A stretch of 64,000 nt of DNA from positions 726,814 through 790,813 of the forward strand of contig JAXGOI010000001.1 in the NCBI GenBank assembly GCA_040767605.1, in the 5' to 3' direction. A program made the translations under genes and the position numbers. Below the pieces are notes generated by a model that had not been told where the DNA came from, searched no databases, and saw only the letters and a list, made by a program, of their open reading frames with translations. Below, piece after piece: positions 1-9,259 of the stretch (positions within the stretch are counted from its first letter, which is position 1; each line of letters opens with the position of its first letter). The stretch comes from Clostridiales bacterium. GTDB lineage: Bacteria > Bacillota > Dehalobacteriia > UBA4068.

Positions 1-1107
1 CATTCCGGCTCTGGAATTCATCTGAATTTGATTGATTCCGTCCATACGCCTTTCAATGGGGTCTTCCAGAGTAATAATATTTTTATCCGGGGAATTTCTT
101 TCCGCCAAGGTAGCGTATAAAGTGGTGCTTTTACCGGAGCCGGTGGGCCCGGTAACTAAAATAAAGCCATATGGCAAACGCATGGCGTCTAAATAACGGT
201 TTTTATGTAAAGGCGGAAAGCCCAATTCATCAATGGTAATAATTCTGCCGCTGCGGCTTAATAGCCTAAGGGTAAGCTTTTCGCCGTAGGCGGAAGGCAG
301 GGAGGCAATACGAATATCAAAAACCTTACCCTCCATTTTAATAGTTGCCCTGCCGTCTTGAGGTATGCGCCTTTCGGCAATATCCATACCCCCCATAACT
401 TTAATGCGGGAAACCAAGGTGGCATGGAGCTTAAGGGGCTGCCGCATAATATCATGCATTACTCCGTCAATCCTGAAGCGCACCCGCAAATATTTTTCAT
501 GGGCCTCAATATGAACATCGCTGGCCCCGGCGCGGATTGCATTATTAAGAATTTGATTAGCCAATTGTACGGCGGGCTTATCATCATCATAATCGGTTTC
601 TATCGGGGCAGAATCGGCCTCATCCTCCATTTCTTCCCCGATTCTGCTGCTGGAGTTAACAAAACGCTCAATAACCGCGTTTAATTCTACATCGGGCACA
701 ACCACAGGATGAACTTCATAGCCGGTAACCAGCACTAAATCGTCAATGGCAATAATATCATTGGGGTTATGCATGGCCATATAAAGCTTGCCGTTTTCAA
801 GGCGCATGGGAATAGCCTGATAACGCTGGGCAATTTCCGGTGTAATTAAATTCATCACTTCCGAGCTGGGGGTAAGATTATTAAATGAGGCAAATTCAAT
901 GCCGGAAATCTGAGACATGGCATGAGCGATATCCTCATCCGTGCAATAGCCCAATTTTACTAAAATAGCCCCGATTTTTGTGAAATTGCCGTTTTCCCTG
1001 TTTTTTTCCTGTATTGTTAATGCCTCGGCCAGCTGTTCCTGAGTTAATTTTCCCATTTCTACCAGCTTGCGGCCAATATAAGAAACATTTAAATTTATAG
1101 TGCCCAT
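1..1107 (-). CDS. pilB: Type IV pilus assembly ATPase, PilB/GspE family (partial; C-terminus runs off window start)
   Basis: Minus-strand ORF with ATG at 1107, absent from the ORF track because it is open at the window edge. N-terminal GspII_E_N-like region (MGTINLNVSYIGRKLVEMGKLTQEQLAEAL...). Walker A VTGPTGSGKST is encoded on the rc of about 125-155. The short track ORFs 258-455, 358-684 and 935-1129 are overlapping frames of this gene. Confidence 0.85.
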   Translation of the reverse strand, partial: MGTINLNVSYIGRKLVEMGKLTQEQLAEALTIQEKNRENGNFTKIGAILVKLGYCTDEDIAHAMSQISGIEFASFNNLTPSSEVMNLITPEIAQRYQAIPMRLENGKLYMAMHNPNDIIAIDDLVLVTGYEVHPVVVPDVELNAVIERFVNSSSRIGEEMEDEADSAPIETDYDDDKPAVQLANQILNNAIRAGASDVHIEAHEKYLRVRFRIDGVMHDIMRQPLKLHATLVSRIKVMGGMDIAERRIPQDGRATIKMEGKVFDIRIASLPSAYGEKLTLRLLSRSGRIITIDELGFPPLHKNRYLDAMRLPYGFILVTGPTGSGKSTTLYATLAERNSPDKNIITLEDPIERRMDGINQIQMNSRAGM

Positions 1108-1133
1108 TATTTATCCGCCTTTTAAACAAAGAA

Positions 1134-1685
1134 TTACCTGTAGAAGGCTTTACCTAAAATTGTGCCGGTAATAAGCCCCCCTGCGGAATCCTCGCTTTTT
1201 ACCGTCAGATCATCCACGAAGACCATCCTGCTCCAGGTAGACATATCATAAAGAATTGTAATAAAATCCCCATAGTTGCCTTTATAAACAGCTTTAAAGG
1301 GCAAATTATTATTGGCGCCCTCAGCGTTTTTTACATCCTCAAATACTAAATTAAGTATTTGCCCCGGGTATTTTGCCTCTAATTCATTAAAGCGGTAAAT
1401 TATATCGTCCTGGCTGGGGCCAAGGGGTAAAAGCAGCTTGCTGTTTTCCAATTCTTTTTCCAGTCCGGCGGATTGCTTTTCTAAATCTCCCAAATAGGCT
1501 AAATTTTGCCGGTTTATTTCCAGCTGTCTTGCCTCTTCCTGCTTTTGCTGGGCAAGGGTGCGAATCCCCAAGACATTAAGAATGGTTAATGCCAAAAGGA
1601 GGACAATGGCAAAAGCCAAAATAATACTGGCTAATACGGAAGAGTTTACTTTCCCTTTAAGATCAATTTTCATTTTTACCACCAT
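1134..1685 (-). CDS. pilO: Pilus assembly protein PilO-like (single TM, coiled coil)
   Basis: 183 aa. N-terminal TM helix, then a coiled-coil (QQKQEEARQLEINRQNLAYLGDLEKQ), then a C-terminal alpha/beta domain. Position is immediately after pilN. An alternative start is the ATG at 1673 (MKIDLKG), which has a GGTGG RBS. Confidence 0.6.
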   Translation of the reverse strand: MVVKMKIDLKGKVNSSVLASIILAFAIVLLLALTILNVLGIRTLAQQKQEEARQLEINRQNLAYLGDLEKQSAGLEKELENSKLLLPLGPSQDDIIYRFNELEAKYPGQILNLVFEDVKNAEGANNNLPFKAVYKGNYGDFITILYDMSTWSRMVFVDDLTVKSEDSAGGLITGTILGKAFYR

Positions 1686-1707
1686 TTCCGGATATTTTTA
1701 GCGCCTT

Positions 1708-2271
1708 CTAGGGGGTTTTTGTATTTTTAATATTGCCTATAGTTATTTCAAATTGAATTCTGTCTTGTTCCTGCACTGTAACTATATTTGCAAAAGAGCA
1801 GTAAACATCGCTTATGCCATCCAAGGCCTCCAGGTTTGAAATTGTTACCGAGGCATCTTCATTATCCGCCCCGTTACAGAGGAGTTTACATGTTTTTTTA
1901 TCATCTTTTAATTCATAGGAGGCATTCTCCAAATGAACACCGGGGGGTAAAGCCCCGCTGATTTTTGAGATTATAAGCTCCCAATGGGGGTTTTTTTCTT
2001 CCAATTCCGCAACCTTGCCCTTTATGGCGGCTACCTCTTTACTCATATCCTCATAGGCTTTAAGATTGAAGGAATCATCCTGTATTTGGGCGTTTTCCAG
2101 CTTAAGCCTGGTTAATTCGCTGCGGGAGGTTATAAGCCAAATATTGCTGATTATAAAAACCAGAAAAAACGCCGCCGCAATAACTATAAGGCATTTTGTA
2201 ATTTTTGCCTGTTTAATAAGCGCCTGCTGCTTCTTTTTATACTCCTGTGGCAATAAGCTTATGCCCCGCAT
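1708..2271 (-). CDS. pilN: Pilus assembly protein PilN-like (single TM, coiled coil)
   Basis: 187 aa. A basic N-terminus is followed by a TM helix (ITKCLIVIAAAFFLVFIISNIWLI) and a coiled coil. It lies between pilM and pilO, as in canonical pilMNO. Confidence 0.6.
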   Translation of the reverse strand: MRGISLLPQEYKKKQQALIKQAKITKCLIVIAAAFFLVFIISNIWLITSRSELTRLKLENAQIQDDSFNLKAYEDMSKEVAAIKGKVAELEEKNPHWELIISKISGALPPGVHLENASYELKDDKKTCKLLCNGADNEDASVTISNLEALDGISDVYCSFANIVTVQEQDRIQFEITIGNIKNTKTP

Positions 2272-2273
2272 AG

Positions 2274-3245
2274 TTAATCCTCCAATTCTCTGAGAGCCAG
2301 GCTTATGCAGCCTGCGTATTCCATAAGATCTAAATGCTCCCGGCCCTTAAGGTTAGGATAAAAGTCGGGGATTATAGTCTCTATGCCGCTCTCTTTGGTT
2401 ATTATTTCCTCAATACCGGGGAAACGGGAAATATCGCCGCTTAAATATACGGTGTTCAGCTTTTCACTATGCTGAGAATAATAATAGGCGGTGGAGGTGC
2501 GAATATCCTCAACAAGGGCCGCCGCAATATCCTCAATTTCCCTTTGATTTATAGCGACTCCCGGGCTTCTTGTAATAAGTGAATTAATAAAGGCTAAAGT
2601 TGCCTTGTAGCGGGCCATGGCAATATGCCCGCCTTTATAAATCAGCATTCCCGTTATTTCTTTACCCAGGGATATATTTATAAACCCCGCATTTTTATCT
2701 TCGGCAATATTCTGCACGGCCCGGCCTAAAGCCAGAATAGAGGCGTCAATTTCCCCAATTGTAAGCTTGGCCTCATCTATGCCTTGCATAACCCCTTCAA
2801 TAAGCTGTTTTTTAGCTGCCACTAAAAGGGTGTTAACATATTGTATATTCTCTATTTGCTTTTCATCCAAAGTTAAATAATCTAAAATAAGCTCGCTGAG
2901 GGGAACAGGTATATGCTCCTGCGCCTGCAAAAGCACCATCTTTCGCAGCTTTTCCGGGGGTACCTTCTGAAAGGAGGCTATTCTTAAAATAATATCCAGG
3001 CTGTTTACTCCCGCAATTACCTGCCTGCTGGAAAAACCCTCTTTTTTATGAAAATCAGTTAGAGCCTGGCTGAAGCCGGGAATATCCATAATATACCCGT
3101 TTTCTACAATGCCGTGGGCCAAAGGGAATTTGCCATATGCTATGAGCATTGGTTCTTTAGGTGTTCCGCCTAATTCTACCCCGCGGATTTCCCCGGAATC
3201 AATTTCTATCCCAATAAAGGATGACCTATTATTCATGCTTTTCAC
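2274..3245 (-). CDS. pilM: Type IV pilus assembly protein PilM (actin-like ATPase fold)
   Basis: Actin/FtsA-like fold with a PilM-type N-terminus (SFIGIEIDSGEIRGVELGG). The start is probably the GTG at 3245, which has a GAGGTG RBS 6 nt upstream. The track start at 3254 is a GTG with no spacer to the RBS. Confidence 0.75.
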   Translation of the reverse strand: MKSMNNRSSFIGIEIDSGEIRGVELGGTPKEPMLIAYGKFPLAHGIVENGYIMDIPGFSQALTDFHKKEGFSSRQVIAGVNSLDIILRIASFQKVPPEKLRKMVLLQAQEHIPVPLSELILDYLTLDEKQIENIQYVNTLLVAAKKQLIEGVMQGIDEAKLTIGEIDASILALGRAVQNIAEDKNAGFINISLGKEITGMLIYKGGHIAMARYKATLAFINSLITRSPGVAINQREIEDIAAALVEDIRTSTAYYYSQHSEKLNTVYLSGDISRFPGIEEIITKESGIETIIPDFYPNLKGREHLDLMEYAGCISLALRELED

Positions 3246-3275
3246 AAGACACACCTCTGCTTTTAAATTCCGGCC

Positions 3276-4478
3276 CTAACCGGTTGTAACTGCTGTAAAA
3301 ATTGGCAAATATAAAGCCAGAAGCATTCCTCCCACTACTAAACCAATTAGAATTATCATAAAAGGTTCTAAAATAGAGCTGAGGTTTTTTGTCATGGTGG
3401 CAACATCTTCCTCATAAAATTCCGCAACCTTATCCAGCATTTGAGGTAAAGTCCCGGCCTCCTCCCCAATGGAAATCATACTGGTTACCATGGGGGGGAA
3501 AATTCCGCTTTGTTTTAGGGGTGCCGCAATACTTTTACCTTCCTCAATCCATCTGACAGCATCTTCAACTGCTACGGAAACAACCCGGCTCCCGGAGGTG
3601 GGGCCTGCGCTTTCCAGAGCCTGAACTATATTTATACCCCCGTTTAATAATGTGGCCAAAGTGCGGGAAAAACGGGCAATAACAGATTTAAGAATTATAG
3701 GGCCAAAAAGGGGCAGCTTAAGCTTGGAATTCTCCCAAAGCTGATGGCCTGTTTTGCTTTTAAAAAATAAGTATATACCCGTGCCGATTAAAATTGCAAT
3801 AATAAGCCAAACAAACCACAGGGTACGGATACTGGTAGAAAGGGCAAAAATAAATTTAGTAACAACGGGTAAAGGCGTACCGGCGGGAATAAAACCCTCA
3901 AAAATAGGCACCATTACGGTAACCATGGCTAAAAACATAATTAAGGCAAAGCCGCCGATCATTTTAGGATAAGATGTGGCAGATTTTATATTGGCGCTTA
4001 GCTGGCGGTCTTTTTGTAATTGCTCCGCCAGACGCAAAAGGGAGGTTTCCAGCATACCGCCTACCTCTCCGGAGCTTATCATAGAAATATACAGGGGATT
4101 AAATATTTTAGGGTATTGCTCAAAAGCGGCGGTAAGGCTCATACCTCCCTCAACATTAGCGGCAATACCCGTTATGGCCTCCTTCAAAATAGGATGGGAA
4201 GATTCATTCCCAAGGGTAGCCAAGGCCTGGGTTATATGAATGCCGGCCCCTACCATGGCAGCTAATTGCCGGCTGAAAAGAGCCAGCTCTCCGGCTTTAA
4301 CTTTTTTGGATTTGAAAGAAAGGGATATACCGCCTTTAACCTTTTTTTCTCTAAGCTCAATTACGGCAAGGCCGGATTCCTTAAGCTTGGCAAGAGCTAA
4401 ATCGACATCTTCCGCTGTAATGCTGCCGGTAGCCGTTTGCCCCTGGCTGTTAATTCCCTCATATTCAAATACGCCCAT
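3276..4478 (-). CDS. pilC: Type IV pilus platform protein PilC (GspF family)
   Basis: 400 aa polytopic membrane protein with the duplicated T2SS-F domain architecture. It sits between pilT and pilM. Confidence 0.8.
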   Translation of the reverse strand: MGVFEYEGINSQGQTATGSITAEDVDLALAKLKESGLAVIELREKKVKGGISLSFKSKKVKAGELALFSRQLAAMVGAGIHITQALATLGNESSHPILKEAITGIAANVEGGMSLTAAFEQYPKIFNPLYISMISSGEVGGMLETSLLRLAEQLQKDRQLSANIKSATSYPKMIGGFALIMFLAMVTVMVPIFEGFIPAGTPLPVVTKFIFALSTSIRTLWFVWLIIAILIGTGIYLFFKSKTGHQLWENSKLKLPLFGPIILKSVIARFSRTLATLLNGGINIVQALESAGPTSGSRVVSVAVEDAVRWIEEGKSIAAPLKQSGIFPPMVTSMISIGEEAGTLPQMLDKVAEFYEEDVATMTKNLSSILEPFMIILIGLVVGGMLLALYLPIFTAVTTG

Positions 4479-4536
4479 ATTAATCTCCTTTATAAAACAC
4501 TTCCCGGTTTAAGCCGGAGGGTATTTTAAAAGCCCC

Positions 4537-5622
4537 CTAGCTTCTTAAAAGCCTTTCCAATTCATTTCTGTCCACGCAATATTCCAAAGCATGGAGCCGG
4601 GATATTTTCCCCAGCCTTAAAAGTTTAACCAAAGCCTGATCCATAGTTTGCATACCAAAGGCCTGGCCGGTTTGAATAGCGCTGTAAAGCTGATGCTCCT
4701 TACTTTCTCTAATCAGGCTTTTTACCGCGGGGGTATCCGCCATATATTCAACCGCAACCTCCCGCCCCCCGCTTAGGGTAGGAATAAGCTGCTGAGAAAT
4801 AACTCCTCTTAAAGAGGCCGCCAATTGCTGACGAACCTGAACCCGCCGTTCGTCGGGGAAGGCATCCACAATCCGGGAAATTGTCAGCGGGGCCGTTTGA
4901 GTATGAAGGGTTGAAAAAACCAAGTGGCCGGTTTCCGCCGCTGTTAAGGCTATGCCTATACTTTCGGCATCTCTCATTTCCCCAATCATAATAATATCCG
5001 GGTCATGCCTTAACACCTGGCAAAGGGCATTAGAGAATGATTTGGTATCCGTACCGATTTCCCTTTGGCGTATTGTGGCAAGCTTATGAGGATGCAGAAA
5101 TTCTATGGGGTCTTCCACTGTAACAATATTTACCCTTCTGGTATTGTTTATAACATTCAGCATTGCCGCCAGCGTAGTGCTTTTGCCGCTGCCCGTGGGC
5201 CCTGTAACTAAAACCAGCCCCCGGGTAAGGGTGCAAAGCCTTTGCACATCCTGGGGCAGGCCAAGGCCGCCTATTTCAGGAATACCAAAGGGAATTACCC
5301 TGAAAACCGCGGCTAAAGTACCCCGCTGAACAATAATATTCCCCCTGAAGCGGGCACAGCCGAAAATGGAATAGGAAAAATCCAGCTCCCAATTGGTCTC
5401 CAGTTCCTCAACCTGATAATCATCTAAAATCGGTAAAAGCAGCCCGGGAATATCTCCCGAATGGAGCTCCGGGTGATTACAGGGGATTAATTCCCCGTTT
5501 ATTCTTACGCAAGGGGGCACCCCTGCCACAATATGTAAATCCGAACCCTTTTTTTCAACTGTTTCTTTAAGCAAATCCTCCAGGCTCAAAGGATAATCGC
5601 TGCTTTTTCTGAGAAAACGCAT
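4537..5622 (-). CDS. pilT: Twitching motility / pilus retraction ATPase PilT
   Basis: 361 aa, a PilT-sized GspE-family ATPase without the long N-domain. Walker A GPTGSGKSTT. The region VEDPIEF...IGEMRD is typical of PilT. Confidence 0.85.
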   Translation of the reverse strand: MRFLRKSSDYPLSLEDLLKETVEKKGSDLHIVAGVPPCVRINGELIPCNHPELHSGDIPGLLLPILDDYQVEELETNWELDFSYSIFGCARFRGNIIVQRGTLAAVFRVIPFGIPEIGGLGLPQDVQRLCTLTRGLVLVTGPTGSGKSTTLAAMLNVINNTRRVNIVTVEDPIEFLHPHKLATIRQREIGTDTKSFSNALCQVLRHDPDIIMIGEMRDAESIGIALTAAETGHLVFSTLHTQTAPLTISRIVDAFPDERRVQVRQQLAASLRGVISQQLIPTLSGGREVAVEYMADTPAVKSLIRESKEHQLYSAIQTGQAFGMQTMDQALVKLLRLGKISRLHALEYCVDRNELERLLRS

Positions 5623-5701
5623 ATTCCCTCCATATTACCCGGCCGCATTATTATCTGCCTAATTAACCGGCCGGCCGATTATTCCCCCAGAGAACAGGAT
5701 T

Positions 5702-7327
5702 TTACTGCCTGGGGTTATCAATTCTATCCAGCATTTCCTGAACCAGCTTAACAGTTTCGGGGGATTCCGTAATATATAAAATATATTGGGAATCTCCTCT
5801 ATCTTTAGAAACATTGGCGGAAACATCAAAGCTTGAGGAATTAAGGCTGGGCAATAATTTGCAAAGAAGATCTCTTCTGGCCCTTAGGCTTTCTGTATTT
5901 GCAGAGACATCTATGGGCAGAATAATTGCCGGGGAGTAGCTGTCTAAAAGGTTAACCATATTTTGAACTTTGGCTATATAATCCCTATTGCAATAAACTA
6001 GAATTGTCCGGCTTAAGCTGGGGTAATTAAAAGTATAAACATCTACATTAGGCAGTTTCATCTTAAGCAGCTTGTCCCTGGCAATATCGGCTCTAATATT
6101 CCGCAGAGGAACATTAACAAAAGCTCCGTCCATATCATCATAATAAGGGTCGGCATCTATGGATTTTATAATATCTATCGCCTGGTCAACATCTTGTCTT
6201 GAGCCTCTGAGCCAAATAACCCGGGAAAGGGAATCTACCGTTATAGGCTGCGCCTTAAGATCCAGCTGGCCAATAACGGAGAGGGCATTTTCCTTGGATA
6301 CGCCGGCTAAAACCAGCTTCTTCATGGTTATACCGGAGCCGAGAACCATATATTGATTATCTACCTTATTTTTAATATCCATTACGGTTGCCCGCTCATC
6401 GCTGGAGCCGTATACCCATAAAATCCCCGAGCTGTCGGAAATAACCAGGCCGGCATTAATCCCCAGGCTTTGCAAAAAGGAATTAAATTCCGAGGGGGTA
6501 AAATATTTAAGGCGCACAGCCGTCAGGCCGCTGCCGCTTTCGCCGGCGCTGGAATAGGATTCGTTTTCAGAAACATCCAAAAGATTTATTAATTGCCTTA
6601 CCTTGGCAATTTCCTGCGGGAAGCCCTGAACCCAAATAGTGGAAAGATTAGATTCCATAATAAAGGGCTTGGCATTTATCTCCAGCTCCTGAATTTTGGC
6701 AGAGATAATATCGCTGGTAACATATTTAAGCTTAAAAGTGGTAACGGCAAGCCTGCTCATAAAATCTTCGCTTAAGGATTCCTTTGTGCCTACAAGCAAG
6801 ATATCCCCATCCTGAAGATAAGTCATCTTTACCAGCTTAAGGAGGTAATCCATAGCGGTTTCAGGGGAAACATTTTCAATTTTAAGGCTTACATTAACAG
6901 GCGCGCCGGTATAAATTATGCTATAGCCCATATTTATCGCCAAAGCGGAAAGGGCATCCCGAATATCGGCATCCTTAATAAAGAGGCTGATATTCCCCGG
7001 GGCATACTCAGGCTTTTCTTCATTTTGCGTCGGCGGCGAAACACCCTCATTATCTTGGGAGGCATCTGTAAGGGGAACCTTTAAAACCTGCCCCACATAG
7101 ATAATACCCTGCTCTTTTATGCCGTTATCTTTTGCAAGCTGGGAGGGGGTTGTATTATACTCCCTGGCAATAGCGGTAAGGCTGTCCCCTGCTTTAACCG
7201 TATAATATGTATAGTCCGCGGCAGCAGCTGAAGAAGAAAGCCCCGCAAAAAGAAATATTCCGGCCATAAATAATATGAGGCAGGCAAAACCAAATCTTTT
7301 TTTAAGCAGAATGTTTATTCTCACCAC
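5702..7327 (-). CDS. Secreted LysM-domain protein with about 6-7 tandem secretin-N (PilQ/GspD N-domain-like) repeats and no secretin pore domain
   Basis: The start is probably the GTG at 7327 (RBS AAGGAGG, 8-nt spacer), giving a signal peptide MVRINILLKKRFGFACLILFMAGIFLFAGLSSSAAAA. A LysM motif follows (YTVKAGDSLTAIAREYNTTPSQLAKDNGI). Repeated roughly 60-aa modules then end in a conserved motif (…IWVQGFPQEIAKVRQLINLLD, …ILWVYGSSDERATVMDIKNKVD, …RVIWLRGSRQDVDQAIDIIKSID, …ILYITESPETVKLVQEMLDRID). These resemble secretin_N domains. The protein ends after the last repeat, so there is no C-terminal beta-barrel secretin domain. Confidence 0.6.
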   Translation of the reverse strand: MVRINILLKKRFGFACLILFMAGIFLFAGLSSSAAAADYTYYTVKAGDSLTAIAREYNTTPSQLAKDNGIKEQGIIYVGQVLKVPLTDASQDNEGVSPPTQNEEKPEYAPGNISLFIKDADIRDALSALAINMGYSIIYTGAPVNVSLKIENVSPETAMDYLLKLVKMTYLQDGDILLVGTKESLSEDFMSRLAVTTFKLKYVTSDIISAKIQELEINAKPFIMESNLSTIWVQGFPQEIAKVRQLINLLDVSENESYSSAGESGSGLTAVRLKYFTPSEFNSFLQSLGINAGLVISDSSGILWVYGSSDERATVMDIKNKVDNQYMVLGSGITMKKLVLAGVSKENALSVIGQLDLKAQPITVDSLSRVIWLRGSRQDVDQAIDIIKSIDADPYYDDMDGAFVNVPLRNIRADIARDKLLKMKLPNVDVYTFNYPSLSRTILVYCNRDYIAKVQNMVNLLDSYSPAIILPIDVSANTESLRARRDLLCKLLPSLNSSSFDVSANVSKDRGDSQYILYITESPETVKLVQEMLDRIDNPRQ

Positions 7328-7359
7328 AAAAATATCCTCCTTATTTAATAACAACTGCC

Positions 7360-7869
7360 TTATTCAATAATAACGGCCTCGCTGCTATCTTCAATATTTA
7401 TTAATTTCGTTTTACCGCCTGAAACAATCGTTACTCCCTGGCTTTCAATTCTTGAAACAATCCAGGCGCTGCCCCCTAAGGCTTTGCCTTCTTCAGCAAT
7501 ATAGGAAGCATAGGGAGTTTGCACAATAGCTGTGGATTTACCATGAGAATTTATAATAATTCCGGATACCCGGGCATAATCAAGAGCATCCCCCTGAAAT
7601 GGATTGCCGCCTTCTATTAGCTTGGCATCATCATAAACCCGTTCCGTAGAGGGGAGAGTTTCTATCTGCTGCCCCTGAGGCATTTCTCCCTCATTTAAAT
7701 TACCTGCATCTGAGCCGGAGCTGCCGCCCCCGGAAATTAAAAAAACCGCCGCCGTTATCAGAGCCGCAATTGCCACAATTGTTATGCCTAAAATGACTTT
7801 TGCCCTTTTACTCTGAAGTTTATTTTTTATTGAAGGCCAAAGCTCAGATACATCCATTTTTAAATTCAT
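7360..7869 (-). CDS. PilP-like pilus assembly protein (TM-anchored, Gly/Ser-rich linker, C-terminal beta domain)
   Basis: First gene of the pilus operon. The likely start is the ATG at 7869 (MNLKMD), with an AAAGGAG RBS upstream. The track ORF extends to a TTG at 7929. It has one TM helix, a GGGSSGSDAGN linker, an NPF motif (GGNPFQGD, reminiscent of the PilP RDPF motif) and a C-terminal beta-rich domain (IVQTPYASYIAEEGKALGGSAWIVSRIESQGVTIVSGG). Confidence 0.4.
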   Translation of the reverse strand: MNLKMDVSELWPSIKNKLQSKRAKVILGITIVAIAALITAAVFLISGGGSSGSDAGNLNEGEMPQGQQIETLPSTERVYDDAKLIEGGNPFQGDALDYARVSGIIINSHGKSTAIVQTPYASYIAEEGKALGGSAWIVSRIESQGVTIVSGGKTKLINIEDSSEAVIIE

Positions 7870-8473
7870 AGCCCCTTGGCTCCTTTCGCCTGAAAGACTT
7901 GGGTTTACATAAAAAACCCCGCCAAACAAAATATATAATATAATACCATATTTCCCCTTATATGTCTATGTTTTTCACCTAAAACAGCTTATCTTTACTT
8001 ATATATCAGAATATAGTAATAATTCAATCAACCTTAAAAAGGCACAAACCATGACAGCCTTATAATTGCTTTTAAGGCTAAAGTCCGCTCTATCCCCTTA
8101 TTTTATCCGCCCAGGGAGGCTGATAAAAAATAAGCTCACAGTGAATAAATACTCAGCCGCTAAATTATGCATATTTGCCTAAAAAAGCCCAAAATTATCC
8201 TGCATTTTTGATTTATTCTAAAATATCGGCATTATATTCTTGCATAACACTCTTATACAGCCTTTTTATTGGGCTTTTTAGGCTATTTTTATAAATCTTT
8301 CCAGTATTTAACTAATGTTTACGCACCATAGGAGTTTAAATTTCAGAAGGCTTTTGCTAGTGACATTTTATTAAATTTATGGTATGCTAATTTAGTAGGT
8401 ATTATCAATATTTATACTCAGATTAAGCATTAAAAACGCTGGATAAAATATATTTTCAGGAGGAGATTTAATT

Positions 8474-9013
8474 ATGAAAGAATTAAAAGGCACAAAAACA
8501 GAAGCTAATTTAATGGCCGCTTTTGCCGGCGAATCTCAGGCCAGGAATAAGTACACCTTTTACGCCTCCAAGGCAAAAAAAGAAGGCTATGAGCAAATTG
8601 CGGCTTTATTTACAGAAACCGCCAATAATGAAAAGGAACATGCCAAAATTTGGTTTAAGCTTTTATATGACGGTGTTCCCGATACCCTTGCCAATTTAAA
8701 AGATGCCGCCGCTGGAGAAAACTATGAATGGACAGATATGTACGCTAATTTTGCCAAAGATGCCGCAGCGGAAGGCTTTACAGAAATAGCCGCCCTTTTT
8801 GAAGGGGTTGCAAAAATAGAAAAAGAGCATGAAGACAGATTTTTAGCCCTTCTTGATAATATTGAAAAGGGCACCGTTTTTGCCAGAGCTCAAAAAGTTA
8901 CCTGGCAGTGCGCTAATTGCGGCCATTTGCATATAGGTACTTCGGCCCCCGAGCTTTGCCCGGTTTGCGATCATCCCCAGGCTCATTTCCAAATTTTAGC
9001 TAAAAACTATTAA
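8474..9013 (+). CDS. rbr: Rubrerythrin
   Basis: 179 aa. N-terminal diiron ferritin-like domain with E..H pairs. C-terminal rubredoxin-like CANCGHL...CPVCDH motif. Confidence 0.9.
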   Translation: MKELKGTKTEANLMAAFAGESQARNKYTFYASKAKKEGYEQIAALFTETANNEKEHAKIWFKLLYDGVPDTLANLKDAAAGENYEWTDMYANFAKDAAAEGFTEIAALFEGVAKIEKEHEDRFLALLDNIEKGTVFARAQKVTWQCANCGHLHIGTSAPELCPVCDHPQAHFQILAKNY

Positions 9014-9025
9014 GTATAATTTTAT

Positions 9026-9058
9026 GCGCCGCGCCGTAGTTTAGCGCGGCGCTTTTTG
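9026..9058 (+). terminator. Rho-independent terminator after rbr
   Basis: GCGCCGCG-cgtagttta-CGCGGCGC hairpin followed by TTTTTG. Confidence 0.7.
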
Positions 9059-9189
9059 CATTTTTAAAAGCAGCTATTTGCAGCCTAAATTATTAATTTA
9101 GTTTTTTTGTTGTTTTTTAACCATATAGTCTTTGCTTTTACATGTATACATGATAGAATTTCATTATGTATTTATTTTTCTAAGAATAA

Positions 9190-9226
9190 GCGTTATTTTC
9201 CGTTTTCTTATTTTTATGTTAAAATA
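9190..9226 (+). promoter_or_regulatory. Putative extended -10 promoter of the V-type ATPase operon
   Basis: TGtTAAAAT at 9217-9225, about 35 nt upstream of the first ntp gene. The region is AT-rich. Confidence 0.35.
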
Positions 9227-9259
9227 TCCTCAAACACCGTTAAATTCAAATAAAGGCTG

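Noticed and set aside
258-1129. Track ORFs 258-455(-), 358-684(+) and 935-1129(-)
   Set aside because: They lie wholly within, or antisense to, the edge-truncated pilB ORF, which is missing from the track only because it is open at the window boundary. They are alternative-frame artefacts.
3754-4512. Four plus-strand ORFs antisense to pilC
   Set aside because: They are shadow ORFs within a conserved membrane-protein gene, with no translation signals.
7929-7929. TTG at 7929 as the start of the first pilus-operon gene
   Set aside because: This rare start codon has no RBS. The in-frame ATG 60 nt downstream has an AAAGGAG motif. The shorter version is kept, with low confidence.
8380-8470. PerR box upstream of rubrerythrin
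   Set aside because: The AT-rich sequence GTATTATCAATATTTATAC is only vaguely similar to TTATAATnATTATAA, which is insufficient to call.
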